64,000 nt of DNA from Macrostomum lignano (GCA_002269645.1 NIVC01002668.1:86681-150680), one strand, 5' to 3'; shown: positions 23,804 to 37,073, numbered from the stretch's first letter. The notes: generated from the sequence alone by a model not told the origin. Made by a program: numbers and translations.

Positions 23804-26791
23804 CAACAGGCAGACAGATAGATATATGATTTACTAGAGATTAACAAGTATTTAGCACAATATACAAGTTAATTCTCATGCATCCATCCTAAACGCCATG
23901 CTCAAATTCAACACTCAGAACAGCAGTATGACTCAGCGCCAGGTGCTGACTAAGGTCCCAAGCTTATAACCGCTATTTTCTCCTTGGCTGGCTCCCAGCC
24001 AGTCCCTCCTGTCTGCTAAGACCCTCGCTGACGTAATCATTTGAAACTCTTCCTTTCGTGTCGGATTACTGTACTGTAAATATTCCCAAAAGCTTGTAGG
24101 CATCAGTATTATGCATTATTATATACTATACTACCGGCTCTAAGGAGTTCCGCTGTTCGTGTCTTATTTCCTCATTAATCCTCTCCGGTGGACCCCCAAC
24201 CGTTCTTTTTTCAAGTCTAAAAACTGGGCCATCCCGCCTAGTGGTTCGCTACACTCTGCCTGCCTGACACGCATCGCCACTGTAAACTTGCTTTAAATAT
24301 AGTCAGCTCAGCACTGGACTGGCAATGAAAAGGAAAATCTTGAGAGAAAAAACGATACTTCTCTTGTGTCCTGCATGGCCCACTGTAGCCATCTGCTTCA
24401 AGTTTAATTTAAGCACTCACCTTTGATGGCCTGGATCCTGCGGATGAAATTAAAGGGCTTCAGGGCTTGGTGACGAAGATTTCTGCGGTGATTGCATGAG
24501 TTTAATGGGTTCAAGGGGTATTAGATGCATCCAGGGGGTATTAGATGCATCCAGGGGGTATTAGATGCATCCAGGGGGTATTAGATGCATCCAGGGGGTA
24601 TTAGATGCATCCAGGGGGTATTAAATGCATCCAGGGGTATTAGATGCATCCAGGGGTATTAGATGCATCCAGGGGGTATTAGATGCATCCAGGGGGTATT
24701 AGATGCATCCAGGGGGGTATTAGATGCATCCAGGGGGTATTAGATGCATCCAGGGGGGTATTAGATGCATCCAGGGGTATTAGATGCATCCAGGGGGTAT
24801 TAGATTCATCCAGGGGGTATTAGATGCATCCAGGGGGTATTAGATTCATCCAGGGGGTATTAGATGCATCCAGGGGGTATTCGATGCATCCAGGGGGTAT
24901 TAGATGCATCCAGGGGGTATTAGATGCATCCAGGGGGTATTAGATGCATCCAGGGGGTATTAGATGCATCCAGGGGGTATTAGATGCATCCAAGGGGTAT
25001 TAGATGCATCCAGAGGGTATTAAATGCATCCAGGAGGTATTGAATAGGTTCATGAGGGTATTGACTGGATTTAGCGGGGTATTGACTGGGTTCAGAGGGT
25101 ATTGACTGGGTTCAGGGGGTAGTGATTGGGTTCAGTGGGTATTAAATCAATTCAGGGGGTATGAAATCGGTTCAGAGGGTATTGAATTGGTTCAGAGGGT
25201 ATTAAATTGGTTCAGAGGGTATTAAATCGGTTCAGAGGGTATTAAATCTGTTCAGAGGGTATTGAATGGGTTCAGAGGGTATTAAATCGGTTCAGAGGGT
25301 ATTAAATCGGTTCAGAGGGTATTAAATCTGTTCAGAGGGTATTAACTTTAGAGGGTATTAAATCGATTCAATGCATTCTATAGGCTCAGATGATGTTAAC
25401 TTTGTTCAGTGCATAATTAATAGACTTTATTTTATTGTGTCATTTCACACGCGCATATATAACCGAAGCAATAATTGTTTAACGCTGCGCCCCTTCCGTC
25501 ACTTCCGCAGTGCCCCACAGCCAGGCAGATGCTGTCCTGGTACCCCAGCGGCCAGGCCTTTGGCAGCCTCACGGAGCCGGAATTTCTGGACCTCTGCCCG
25601 ACCCTGGTGTACCTGCTGCACTCCAAGGCCTGCAGCCGCGGCTCGACTCCCGACCCCGCCAAGCCGCCCGGTCGCACCTGGAAGGTGTGGGGCGCCTCCC
25701 TGCTGGCTGTTCTGATCACCAGCCTGGGCGGCGTGGCCACCATCTTCATCATCCGGCCGCTCATGCGGACCCGCTTCTACACTCTGGTGGTCCAGTTCCT
25801 CATCGCCCTGGCCGTCGGGTCTCTGAGCGGTGACGCCTTCCTGCACCTGCTGCCTCATGTGAGTCTGCGGTTCACCTGTGTGTCTGTGACTGCTGCCTCA
25901 TGTGAGTCCGCGGTTCACCTGTGTGTCTGTGACTGCTGCCTCATGTGAGTCTGCGGTTCACCTGTGTGTCTGTGACTGCTGCCTCATGTGAGTCCGCGGT
26001 TCACCTGTGTGTCTGTGACTGCTGCCTCATGTGAGTCTGCGGTTCACCTGTGTGTCTGTGACTGCTGCCTCATGTGAGTCTGCGGTTCACCTGTGTGTCT
26101 GTGACTGCTGCCTCATGCGAGTCTGCGGTTCACCTGTGTGTCTGTGACTGTTGCCTCATGTGAGTCTGCGGTTCACCTGTGTGTCTGTGACTGCTGCCTC
26201 ATGTGAGTCTGCGGTTCACCTGTGTGTCTGTGACTGCTGCCTCATGCGAGTCTGCGGTTTACCTGTGTGTCTGTGACTGTTGCCTCATGTGAGTCTGCGG
26301 TTCACCTGTGTGTCTGTGACTGCTGCCTCATGAGAGTCTGCGGTTTACCTGTGTGTCTGTGACTGCTGCCTCATGTGAGTCTGCGGTTTACCTGTGTGTC
26401 TGTGACTGCTGCCTCATGTGAGTCTGCGGTTCACCTGTGTCTGTGACTGCTGCCTCATGTGAGTCTGCGGTTTACCTGTGTGTCTGTGACTGCTGCCTCA
26501 TGTGAGTATGCGGTTTACCTGTGTGTCTGTGACTGCTGCCTCATGTGAGTCTGCGGTTCACCTGTGTGTCTGTGACTGCTGCCTCATGTGAGTCTGCGGT
26601 TTACCTGTGTGTCTGTGACTGCTGCCTCATGTGAGTCTGCGCTTCACCTGTGTGTCTGTGACTGCTGCCTCATGTGAGTCTGCGGTTTACCTGTGTGTCT
26701 GTGACTGCTGCCTCATGTGAGTCTGCGGTTTACCTGTGTGTCTGTGACTGCTGCCTCATGTGAGTCTGCGGTTCACCTGAGTCTGTCTGTC

Positions 26792-26838
<47 letters not shown>

Positions 26839-26913
26839 TTCTGTCTGTCTGTCTGTCTTTCTGTCTGTCTACCTGTATGTGTCTGTCCGTCTATCTGTCT
26901 GCCTTAGTGTCTG

Positions 26914-26958
<45 letters not shown>

Positions 26959-29900
26959 CTCTGTCTTCCTTAGTGTCTGTGTCTGTCTGCCCTTCTATCT
27001 ACCTGCCTGTCTTATTTGTCTTAGTGTGTCTGTCTGTCCGTTCGTCTGTCTGTTAGTGTGTGTGTATTTCTGTCTGCCAGTCTGTGCCAATCTGTACTCG
27101 CCTGTGATACCCCTGTCCCGCACTCCCGTTGGTTCAATGCTCTTATATTTGTCACCTGCGTCGGTGCAGAGGCACTGGGAGACGGCGCGATACTTAAAAG
27201 TTCATTTCGCCTTCAGCAGAAGCTACTGTCTGCTACCTTCTGCTTCCCTCAAGCCAGAAACTGGAGCAGCTGTACTCTTCAATAATAGTGCGTGTATATT
27301 TAGGATCAATACTTCTTTATATCTGGCCCCCAATCTCGTGAGATGATAAATTTAATGATAAATAAAGGCCGCAGTCACCCAGTCTGAAATTTCCTATTGT
27401 TTACTGAGCGTTAGGTTGTAGAGGAAATTCGTCTGAATAAGAATTTTTATTAATTCCTTTCGACCGCTTGCACCACTGTGTCTGGATTGCGATTTCCTCT
27501 CGTACCAGCGAGTGGGCGTTCCTGATTGAAGAGCTGCTTTGGCTGGCGGTGAATTAATTGAATGGTGGCCCGTGTTGTTGACTTTGATTTGATTAGTAAT
27601 TTTTTTTCGAATGCACCGGGTCCTTGTGTTTGTTCCTGTAAGGATCTGAGAGCTATTTTTGGACACTGCTTCTGACTGTTGACTGTCTTCCCTTTTCCCC
27701 AGATCCCAGCTGCTGGCCTGCTGGGCCAGCCTCCCAGATCCTCAATTGCTGGGCCAGCCTTCCAGAGTGTCAGTTGCTGGGCCAGCCTCCCAGAGTGTCA
27801 GTTGCTGGGCCAGCCTCCCAGAGTGTCAGTTGCTGGGCCACCAGCCTCCCAGATCCTCAGTTGCTGGGCCAGCCTCCCAGATCCTCAGTTGCTGGGCCAC
27901 CAGCCTCCCAGATCCTCAGTTGCTGGGCCAGCCTCCCAGATCCCCAGCTGCTGGGCCAGTCTCCCAGATCCTCAGTTGCTGGGTTAGCCTCCCAGAGTGT
28001 CAGTTGCTGGGCCACCAGCCTCCCAGATCCTCAGTTGCTGGGCCAGCCTTCCAGATCCTCAGTTGCTGGGCCACCAGCCTCCCAGATCCTCAGTTGCTGG
28101 GCCAGCCTCCCAGATCCCCAGCTGCTGGGCCAGTCTCCCAGATCCTCAGTTGCTGGGTTAGCCTCCCAGAGTGTCAGTTGCTGGGCCACCAGCCTCCCAG
28201 ATCCTCAGTTGCTGGGCCAGCCTCCCAGATCCTCAGTTGCTGGGCCACCAGCCTCCCAGATCCTCAGTTGCTGGGCCAGCCTCCCAGATCCCCAGCTGCT
28301 GGGCCAGCCTCCCAGATCCTCAGTTGCTGAGCCAGCCTCCCAGATCCTCAGTTGCTGGGCCACCAGCCTCCCAGATCCTCAGTTGCTGGGCCAGCCTCCC
28401 AGATCCCCAGCTGCTGGGCCAGCCTCCCAGATCCTCAGTTGCTGAGCCAGCCTCCCAGATCCTCAGTTGCTGGGCCACCAGCCTCCCAGATCCTCAGTTG
28501 CTGGGCCAGCCTCCCAGATCCTCAGTTGCTGAGCCAGCCTCCCAGATCCTCAGTTGCTGGGCCACCAGCCTCCCAGATCCTCAGTTGCTGGGCCAGCCTC
28601 CCAAATCCTCAGTCGGGAAGCTGTCTAAGCGGCAATCGCGCTAAGTGAAATCGATGTTGCTAATATATTCAAATAAATATAGTCTTGCAGAAGTTTCATT
28701 CAGAAGGGCCAAGTGTTTTTTTATAATTTTCAGTTTATCAACCCAATCACGAAAAAACATGCAATTAGGCACCTGCCAATCAAAGCCTTGTGTTTTTCTC
28801 TATGCATTTTTGTTTAGAATTCTAGGCCAGACTTTTTGTCCGGTTCGAATTGATTCTAATTATTCTGTAGCAGAGGCTTCCTTTTTTAAATCAATTTGTT
28901 TGCACTATTTACCTCTGTTTTTCCCTTTTAGCTCTCTTGGAAATTGCCTACATTTTTATTGCTTATTGATTTTTTCAGTGTAGTGCTCTACAAATCCCTA
29001 ATGCAGTTCCTACAAATCCCTAATGCAGTTCCTACAAATCCCTAATGCAGTTCCTACAAATCCCTAATGCAATTCCTACAAATCCCTAGTGCAGTTCCTA
29101 CAAATCCCTAATGCAGTTCCTACAAATCCCTAATGCAATTCCTACAAATCCCTAATGCAGTTCCTACAAATCCCTAATGCAGTTCCTACAAATCCCTAAT
29201 GCAGTTCCTACAAATCCCTAATGCAGTTCCTACAAATCCCTAATGCAGTTCCTACAAATCCCTAATGCAGTTCCTACAAATCCCTACTGCAGTTCCTACA
29301 AATCCCTAATGCAGTTCCTACAAATCCCTAATGCAGTTCCTACAAATCCCTAATGCAGTTCCTACAAATCCCTAATGCAGTTCCTACAAATCCCTAATGC
29401 AGTTCCTACAAATCCCTAATGCAGTTCCTACAAATCCCTAATGCAGTTTCTACAAATCCCTAATGCAGTTCCTACAAATCCCTAATGCAGTTCCTACAAA
29501 TCCCTAATGCAGTTTCTACAAATCCCTAATGCAGTTCCTACAAATCCCTAATGCAGTTCCTACATATCCCTAATGCAGTTCCTACATATCCCTAATGGAA
29601 TTCCTACAAATCCCTAATGCAGTTTCTACAAATCTCTAATGCAGTTCCTACAAATCCCTAATGCAGTTCCTACAAATCCCTAATGCAGTTCCTACAAATC
29701 CCTAATGCAGTTTCTACAAATCCCTAATGCAATTCCTACAAATCCCTAATATAGTTTTCTATAAATCTCTAATGTAGTTCCCTACAAATCCCTAATGTAG
29801 AGCCCTACAAATCCCTAATGTAGCGCCCTACAAATCCCTAATGTAGAGCCCTACAAATCCCTAATGTAGCGCCCTACAGATCCCTAACGTTGCGCCCTAC

Positions 29901-32900
29901 AAATCCCTACAAGTCTAATGCAGCCTGAGTGCCCGTGAACGGGAGTAGTGACACCGCACCCCAACCCCATCCCGCAGGCCCTGTTCCCAGAAGACGATCA
30001 CAAACACGAGCACAAGGAGGGCGGAGAGTCTGGCGGCCTGGACCACATGGCAACTATGTACCGCTGCCTGACCGCCCTGACTGGCATCTACTGTTTCTTC
30101 GTGATCGAGCGAATCACCGTGCTGTGCCAGAACCGGCGCAGCAGGCGAAGGAGCAGCTCTCGAAGGCCGGTGAGTTGAGAAGAGTTTAGCGGTATTTTCT
30201 AACAAAATGTTCAACACTTTTTGTCTTGGTCACAGCTACACTTTCTAAGCCTTAATGATATCTGCCTATCTATCTGTCCTGTGTTGCTCCAATGCAAAAA
30301 TTTCAGTTCTCTATCACCGCTGCACTGGTGCGTTTGAGGCGGATAAAAAAGAATTCGTTTATAAAAAAACAACAGCTAAGAAATTGATCATTTTTAGCTA
30401 GAACACAAAACATTCCATAGCTAATCCTAAATAAGTTACTATTTACACACGAGTTGTAGTTTTGCACTGTTAAATCTTTCTCCTTGTGCTGTGACTCAGT
30501 GTTGTGCATTAGATAGTAGGGGTGATTGATCATCTTAATTTATAAAGCTTGTGTTGTCTTACAATATAGTTTATTTGTTGCAGTATATGAAATATTTAGT
30601 TGAATGTTTATTTATCTAGCATGATGTTCTGTGTGGTAACTGCGCTGTTTAGTGTGTGTGATTTTTACATATAACTTTCTCACTTACATGAGATAGTGCT
30701 CATTTGCATTTAGTTTAGGGGGCCAGGGGCTTGGGTAGAGAGCGGAGAGTTGGGAGAAGGCGGAGAGGGTAGGGAAAAGGCGGAGAGGGTAGGGAAAGGG
30801 CGGAGAGGGTAGGGAAAGGGCGGAGAGGGTAGGGAAAGGGCGGAGAGGGTAGGGAAAGGCGGAGAGGGTAGGGAAAGGGCGGAGAGGGTAGGGAAAGGGC
30901 GGAGAGGGTAGGGAAAGGGCGGAGAGGGTAGGGAAAGGGCGGAGAGGGTAGGGAAAGGGCGGAGAGGGTAGGGAAAGGGCGGAGAGGGTAGGGAAAGGGC
31001 GGAGAGGGTAGGGAAAGGGCGGAGAGGGTAGGGAAAGGGCGGAGAGGGTAGGGAAAGGGCGGAGAGGGTAGGGAAAGGGCGGAGAGGGTAGGGAAAGGGC
31101 GGAGAGGGTAGGGAAAGGGCGGAGAGGGTAGGGAAAGGGCGGAGAGGGTAGGGAAAGGGCGGAGAGGGTAGGGAAAGGGCGGAGAGGGTAGGGAAAGGGC
31201 GGAGAGGGTAGGGAAAGGGCGGAGAGGGTAGGGAAAGGGCGAAGAGGGTAGGGAAAGGGCGGAGAGGGTAGGGAAAATGCGGAGAGGGTAGGGAAAATTC
31301 GGAGAGGGTAGGGAAAGGGCGGAGAGGGTAGGGAAAGGGCGGAGAGGGTAGGGAAAATGCGGAGAGGGTAGGGAAAATGCGGAGAGGGTAGGGAAAGGGC
31401 GGAGAGGGTAGGGAAAATGCGGAGAGGGTAGGGAAAAGGCGGAGAGGGTAGGGAAAGGGCGGAGAGGGTAGGGAAAGGGCGGAGAGGGTAGGGAAAGGGC
31501 GGAGAGGGTAGGGAAAGGGCGGAGAGGGTAGGGAAAATGCGGAGAGGGTAGGGAAAGGGCGGAGAGGGTAGGGAAAATGCGGAGAGGGTAGGGAAAGGGC
31601 GGAGAGGGTAGGGAAAATGCGGAGAGTGAGCTTTACGACTTTATTTACAGAAGGTGCCGCGGCCAGTGATTTAATTGATAAATCACCACTACGTTCTTAG
31701 AATAATTTATTGCTGATCCATTTTTAGTCCTGTTGACCGTCCGGGGCAGTCCATCAGCAGCTGATCAACAAGTTGTGTAGAAATTTGCCAGCTAAATATA
31801 GAACACTGACTGCCTGCAGACCGAGGCTTGCTTATCACCCGGTCCTGTGGAAGAGTGGCTTTTGAAAGCTCAGGCGCCGCTGTCAGCCTCCGCTCCCAAC
31901 AACCTCCCACAAAAAGATGATGGGTTTCGTGAGAAGCCGACTGGAAACAGAGGCGGAGAGATAATGCTCTCGCTAGACAGCTTCTCTTCCTCATCATTCG
32001 CGTCACCGAATTCCCGAAAGGGCTGTCCGAAGAAGACCCTGAATGAGGCATTTCTGCTTTGAAAGAAAGAGTCGATTGGCCTCTTCAATTAGCCGCGTTT
32101 GATTGTCTTCTGAGCAGGGGGGGGGGGCAGCTGCTTATTAGATGGCGAAGGCTTCGAAGGCGGTGTATGAACGCGTCCAACACCCGACACTCCCCTGGTT
32201 CGATCTGTGCTCGAAAATTGGCCTGGAGGTTGTCGTACGGTTCACAGCCGTGAGGGCCTTCAATGGCGTTAATTGCACAAGCAGAGCCAAGCCGAGATTC
32301 CAATTTAGCCCCAAAATTACTGTGACAGAACTTTAAATCGAGGCCTGGGCGGCTGGCACATCAGAGTCGCACTCCTAATAGATTAGAAAGTTCCCCTCCT
32401 GTGCGTATTTGTATTTCTTAGCAACAGTCAACTTACTCTCGCCTTATGTATTGTATTGAGTTGATTGATTTTGTTTACAAACTTTGCAGCAATCCAATTC
32501 TTCCAATGTTGGCGAGAAGTTGTGCAATCCGTTCCATCGGTCCTATGCCAACCTGACCGGGGGCGCTCAGCGTGAGTTCTGCTCTGCTATCATTAACCTG
32601 CTTGCTGCTGGCTTTGGAATCCGTCTTTTGAATCCCCCCCCCTGAACCCACTAGAAATCGCCCCCTGACCCCACTAGAAATCGCCCCCTGACCCCACTAG
32701 AAATCGCCCCCTGACCCCACTAAAAATCGCCCCCTGACCGCACTAAGAATCTCCCTCTGAACCCACTAAAAATCGCCCTCTGACCCCACTAAGAATCGCC
32801 CTCTGACCCCACTAAGAATCGCCCTCTGACCCCACTAAGAATCTCCCACTGACCCCACTAGAAATCGCCCCCTGACCCCACTAAAAATCGCCCCCTGACC

Positions 32901-35900
32901 GCACTAAGAATCTCCCTCTGAACCCACTAAAAATCGCCCTCTGACCCCACTAAGAATCGCCCTCTGATCCCACTAAGAATCGCCCTCTGACCCCACTAAG
33001 AATCTCCCACTGACCCCACTAGAAATCGCCCCCTGACCCCAGTAAGAACCCCCTGACGCCACAAGGAATCGCCCCCTGACGCCACAAAGAATCGCCCCTG
33101 ACTCCAATAAGAACCGCCCCCTGACCCCACTACGAATCGCCCCCCTCCCCCCTGACCCCATTAGGAATCGCCTTCTGGCCCCACAAAGAATCGCCCTCTG
33201 ACCTCATCTTCGCATTGGCTGGCTTCACCCCGCTGCTCCTCCCCTCCCAGCCGAGTCCGTCATCTGCGAGGCGGCAGCGGCCGCGGCAGCCGAGGCCGCC
33301 GAAGCGGCAGCGGACGACCTGACCGTGGAGTTCCTGCACGACTGCAACCGCTGCACCGCCAACGCAGCCGCTGTAGCCGCGGCCGCCGCCGCCAATGCAG
33401 CCGCCAGCGACACCAACGGCAACAACGGCGGCAGCTGCTTCCGCCGCCTGTCGGCCTGCGGCAGCCCCGACGACAAGCAGCAGCAGCGAAACAATCACCA
33501 CACCGACAACCAGCACAACGATAGCGAGAAACCGAAGGACGCCGGCCCGGCCGCGGTGGCCGCCCAGGAATCCGAGCTCACCAGCCTGTCCACCAACGCC
33601 GCTTCCGCCGCCACCGACAGCGCTGTCGCGGGTAGCCGGGGCGGCCCCGCCGGCAGCACCGCCGCCGCTCTCAGCGTCACCTTCGACGATGACGTTGGCG
33701 GCAACGGAGACGACGCCGACGAGAGCGAAGGCCGCGGGCACGGGCACGGGCATCACGGGCACTCGCACTCGCACACCACAGTCAGGGCGCTGGCCTGGAC
33801 TGTCATCATTGGCGACGGGCTGCACAACTTCTGCGACGGTATGGCGCTTGGCGCGGCGTTCGCCGCCGATGTCGGCTCCGGGGTGTCCACCGCTGTGGCC
33901 GTCTTCTGTCACGAGCTGCCGCACGAGTTGGGCGACTTCGCCGTGCTGCTCCAGGCTGGCATGTCGGTGCGGATGGCCCTGCTGGCGAACCTGGTGTCCA
34001 GCCTGGTGTGCCTGCTTGGCATGGTCTGTGGTGTGCTGCTCGCCAAGGGTGCCACCAACTGGGTGTTCATGGTGACCGCTGGCATGTTTCTGTACATTGC
34101 TCTGGTGGATATGGTGAGCAGTTCTCAGATCCTTTATAGCTTTAGGTTTGATTGAGGTTTTGATTGAGCTCATGTAGGTTTTGATTGAGCTCATGTAGGT
34201 TTTGATTGAGCTCATGTAGGTTTTGATTGAGCTCATGTAGGTTTTGATTGAGCTCATGTAGGTTTTGATTGAGCTCATGTAGGTTTTGATTGAGCTCATG
34301 TAGGTTTTGATTGAGCTCATGTAGGTTTTGATTGAGCTCATGTAGGTTTTGATTGAGCTCAAGTAGGTTTTGATTGAGCTCATGTAGGTTTTGATTGAGC
34401 TCATGTAGGTTTTGATTGAGCTCATGTAGGTTTTGATTGAGCTCATGTAGGTTTTGATTCAGCTCATGTAGGTTTTGATTGAGATCATGTGGGTTTTGAA
34501 GCAGCTCATGTAGGTTTTGAAGCAGCTCATGTGGGTTTTGATTGAGCTCATGTAGGTTTTGATTGAGCTCATGTGGGTTTTGAAGCAGCTCATGTAGGTT
34601 TTGAAGCAGCTCATGTAGGTTTTGATTGAGCTCATGTAGGTTTTGATTGAGCTCATGTGGGTTTTGAAGCAGCTCATGTAGGTTTTGAAGCAGCTCATGT
34701 AGGTTTTGATTGAGCTCATGTAGGTTTTGAAGCAGCTCATGTAGGTTTTGAAGCAGCTCATGTAGGTTTTGATTGAGCTCATGTAGGTTTTGAAGCAGCT
34801 CATGTAGGTTTTGATTGAGTTCATGTGGGTTTTGAAGCAGCTCATGTAGGTTTTGATTGAGCTCATGTAGGTTTTGATTGAGCTCATGTGGGTTTTGAAG
34901 CAGCTCATGTAGGTTTTGAAGCAGCTCATGTAGGTTTTGAAGCAGCTCATGTAGGTTTTGATTGAGCTCATGTAGGTTTTGAAGCAGCTCATGTAGGTTT
35001 TGAAGCAGCTCATGTAGGTTTTGATTGAGCTCATGTAGGTTTTGATTGAGCTCATGTAGGTTTTGATTGAGCTCATGTAGGTTTTGATTGAGCTCATGTA
35101 GGTTTTGATTGAGCTCATGTGGGTTTTGAAGCAGCTCATGTAGGTTTTGAAGCAGCTCATGTAGGTTTTGATTGAGCTCATGTAGGTTTTGATTGAGCTC
35201 ATGTGGGTTTTGAAGCAGCTCATGTAGGTTTTGAAGCAGCTCATGTAGGTTTTGATTGAGCTCATGTAGGTTTTGATTGAGCTCATGTAGGTTTTGAAGC
35301 AGCTCATGTAGGTTTTGATTGAGCTCATGTGGGTTTTGAAGCAGCTCATGTAGGTTTTGAAGCAGCTCATGTAGGTTTTGATTGAGCTCATGTAGGTTTT
35401 GAAGCAGCTCATGTAGGTTTTGATTGAGCTCATGTAGGTTTTAAAGCAGCTCATGTAGGTTTTGAAGCAGCTCATGTAGGTTTTGAAGCAGCTCATGTAG
35501 GTTTTGATTGAGCTCATGTAGGTTTTGAAGCAGCTCATGTAGGTTTTGATTGAGCTCATGTAGGTTTTGATTGAGCTCATGTGGGTTTTGAAGCAGCTCA
35601 TGTAGGTTTTGATTGAGCTCATGTAGGTTTTGAAGCAGCTCATGTAGGTTTTGATTGAGCTCATGTAGGTTTTGATTGAGCTCATGTGGGTTTTGAAGCA
35701 GCTCATGTAGGTTTTGATTGAGCTCATGTAGGTTTTGAAGCAGCTCATGTAGGTTTTGATTCAGCTCATGTAGGTTTTGATTGAGCTCATGTGGGTTTTG
35801 AAGCAGCTCATGTAGGTTTTGATTGAGCTCATGTAGGTTTTGATTGAGCTCATGTGGGTTTTGAAGCAGCTCATGTAGGTTTTGAAGCAGCTCATGTAGG

Positions 35901-36741
35901 TTTTGAAGCAGCTCATGTAGGTTTTGATTGAGCTCATGTAGGTTTTGATTGAGCTCATGTAGGTTTTGAAGCAGCTCATGTAGGTTTTGATTGAGCTCAT
36001 GTAGGTTTTGATTGAGCTCATGTAGGTTTTGATTGAGCTCATGTAGGTTTTGAAGCAGCTCATGTAGGTTTTGATTGAGCTCATGTAGGTTTTGATTGAG
36101 CTCATGTGGGTTTTGAAGCAGCTCATGTAGGTTTTGAATCAGCTCATGTAGGTTTTGAAGCAGCTCATGTAGGTTTTGATTGAGCTCATGTAGGTTTTGA
36201 AGCAGCTCATGTGGGTTTTGAAGCAGCTCATGTAGGTTTTGATTGAGCTCATGTAGGTTTTAAAGCAGCTCATGTAGGTTTTGATTGAGCTCATGTAGGT
36301 TTTAAAGCAGCTCATGTAGGTTTTGATTGAGCTCATGTGGGTTTTGAAGCAGCTCATGTAGGTTTTGATTGAGCTCATGTAGGTTTTAAAGCAGCTCATG
36401 TAGGTTTTGATTGAGCTCATGTGGGTTTTGAAGCAGCTCATGTAGGTTTTGATAGAGCTCATGTAGGTTTTAAAGCAGCTCATGTAGGTTTTGATTGAGC
36501 TCATGTAGGTTTTGATTCAGCTCATGTAGGTTTTAAAGCAGCTGTCAGAGACCTGCCTATCCATGGTCTGCGCCCCATCCCCCAATTCCAGATGCCGGAG
36601 CTCACCACGGAGAAGTCCTCGCGCGGCCCCGGACCCTGCGTGGTTTTCTTCTGGCAGAATCTGGGCTTCTTCATCGGCGCGGGGATCATGCTGCTCATAT
36701 CGCTGTATGAGCACAAGATCATCAAGCTGGGGTCTGGCTGA
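21734..36741 (+). CDS. SLC39A/ZIP zinc transporter, LIV-1 subfamily (ZIP5/6/10-like); join(21734..22087,25511..25858,29978..30169,32490..32571,33251..34113,36592..36741), 662 aa
   Basis: Signal peptide, His/Glu-rich N-terminus, [15 protein letters not shown]1-2 ([11 protein letters not shown]...[22 protein letters not shown]), [12 protein letters not shown] loop, [40 protein letters not shown]. All introns are GT-AG with matching phase (1989 nt). Confidence 0.92.
23510..23825. repeat. (GATA)n microsatellite
   Basis: Direct observation. Confidence 0.95.
24525..25370. repeat. 20-bp minisatellite AGATGCATCCAGGGGGTATT grading into a related degenerate 20-mer
   Basis: Tandem copies in ZIP intron 1. 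Confidence 0.92.
25847..26778 (+). repeat. 43-bp minisatellite that includes the ZIP exon-2 donor (CTGCTGCCTCAT|GTGAGT); 21 units, 22 donor copies
   Basis: Unit GTGAGTCTGCGGTTCACCTGTGTGTCTGTGACTGCTGCCTCAT. Its last 12 nt equal the exon end. Confidence 0.95.
26780..27065. repeat. (TCTG)n-rich microsatellite
   Basis: Direct observation. Confidence 0.9.
27700..28615. repeat. ~28-32-bp minisatellite ATCCTCAGTTGCTGGGCCAGCCTCCCAG
   Basis: Tandem copies in ZIP intron 2. Confidence 0.92.
28985..29915. repeat. 22-bp minisatellite CCTACAAATCCCTAATGCAGTT
   Basis: About 42 tandem copies. Confidence 0.93.
30750..31626 (+). repeat. 20-bp G-rich minisatellite GGGCGGAGAGGGTAGGGAAA (G-quadruplex consensus)
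   Basis: About 43 copies with three GGG runs per unit. Confidence 0.93.
32250..32372 (-). mobile_element. Partial SINE family 2 copy
   Basis: TTAATTGCACAAGCAGAGCCAAGCCGAGATTCCAATTTAGCCCCAAA matches the copy at ~8040-8090. Confidence 0.6.
32640..33200. repeat. ~23-bp minisatellite GACCCCACTAAGAATCGCCCTCT
   Basis: Tandem degenerate copies in ZIP intron 4. Confidence 0.9.
34140..36541. repeat. 21-bp minisatellite with two interspersed main variants (TAGGTTTTGATTGAGCTCATG / TAGGTTTTGAAGCAGCTCATG), ~114 units
   Basis: Fills ZIP intron 5 and gives the [14 protein letters not shown] minus-strand ORFs. Confidence 0.95.
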
Positions 36742-37073
36742 TCAAACAGTCCATGTTGTTTTTTTGTTATCCTTGAATGTAAACTCCTGTTGTTGTCCTT
36801 GAACTCTCTGCTCCGCGAGCTACAATTTTTTGTGCAATTTTTTCATCATATCTTTTTGTTTGTGACACTTTCACTACCTGCTGACTCTGCATTGCCGTTG
36901 GCTGTGGGCCCTTGAATCTGAATGGTCAGGGACCGGCGGCATGATAACACTGTCTGTCAACTTCATTTTGCTTCCAAGTAGCTCTATTTTTTGTCTTCAA
37001 CCAAAAGTACATATTTGTTACCTCGCTTAATGCATACTTATACTGTTTTTTGTCCTCAAATATGCATTCGCCT

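Noticed and set aside
27679-28648. Pro/Gln-rich ORFs as an extra ZIP exon
   Set aside because: Repeat-derived with mixed unit lengths, and ZIP exons 2 and 3 already join in phase.
31700-32090. hAT transposase remnant (MKRPIDSFF)
   Set aside because: Short N-terminal resemblance only, with no TIRs or catalytic motifs.
33130-34446. 438-aa minus-strand ORF
   Set aside because: Antisense shadow of GC-rich ZIP exon 5 plus the 21-bp repeat.
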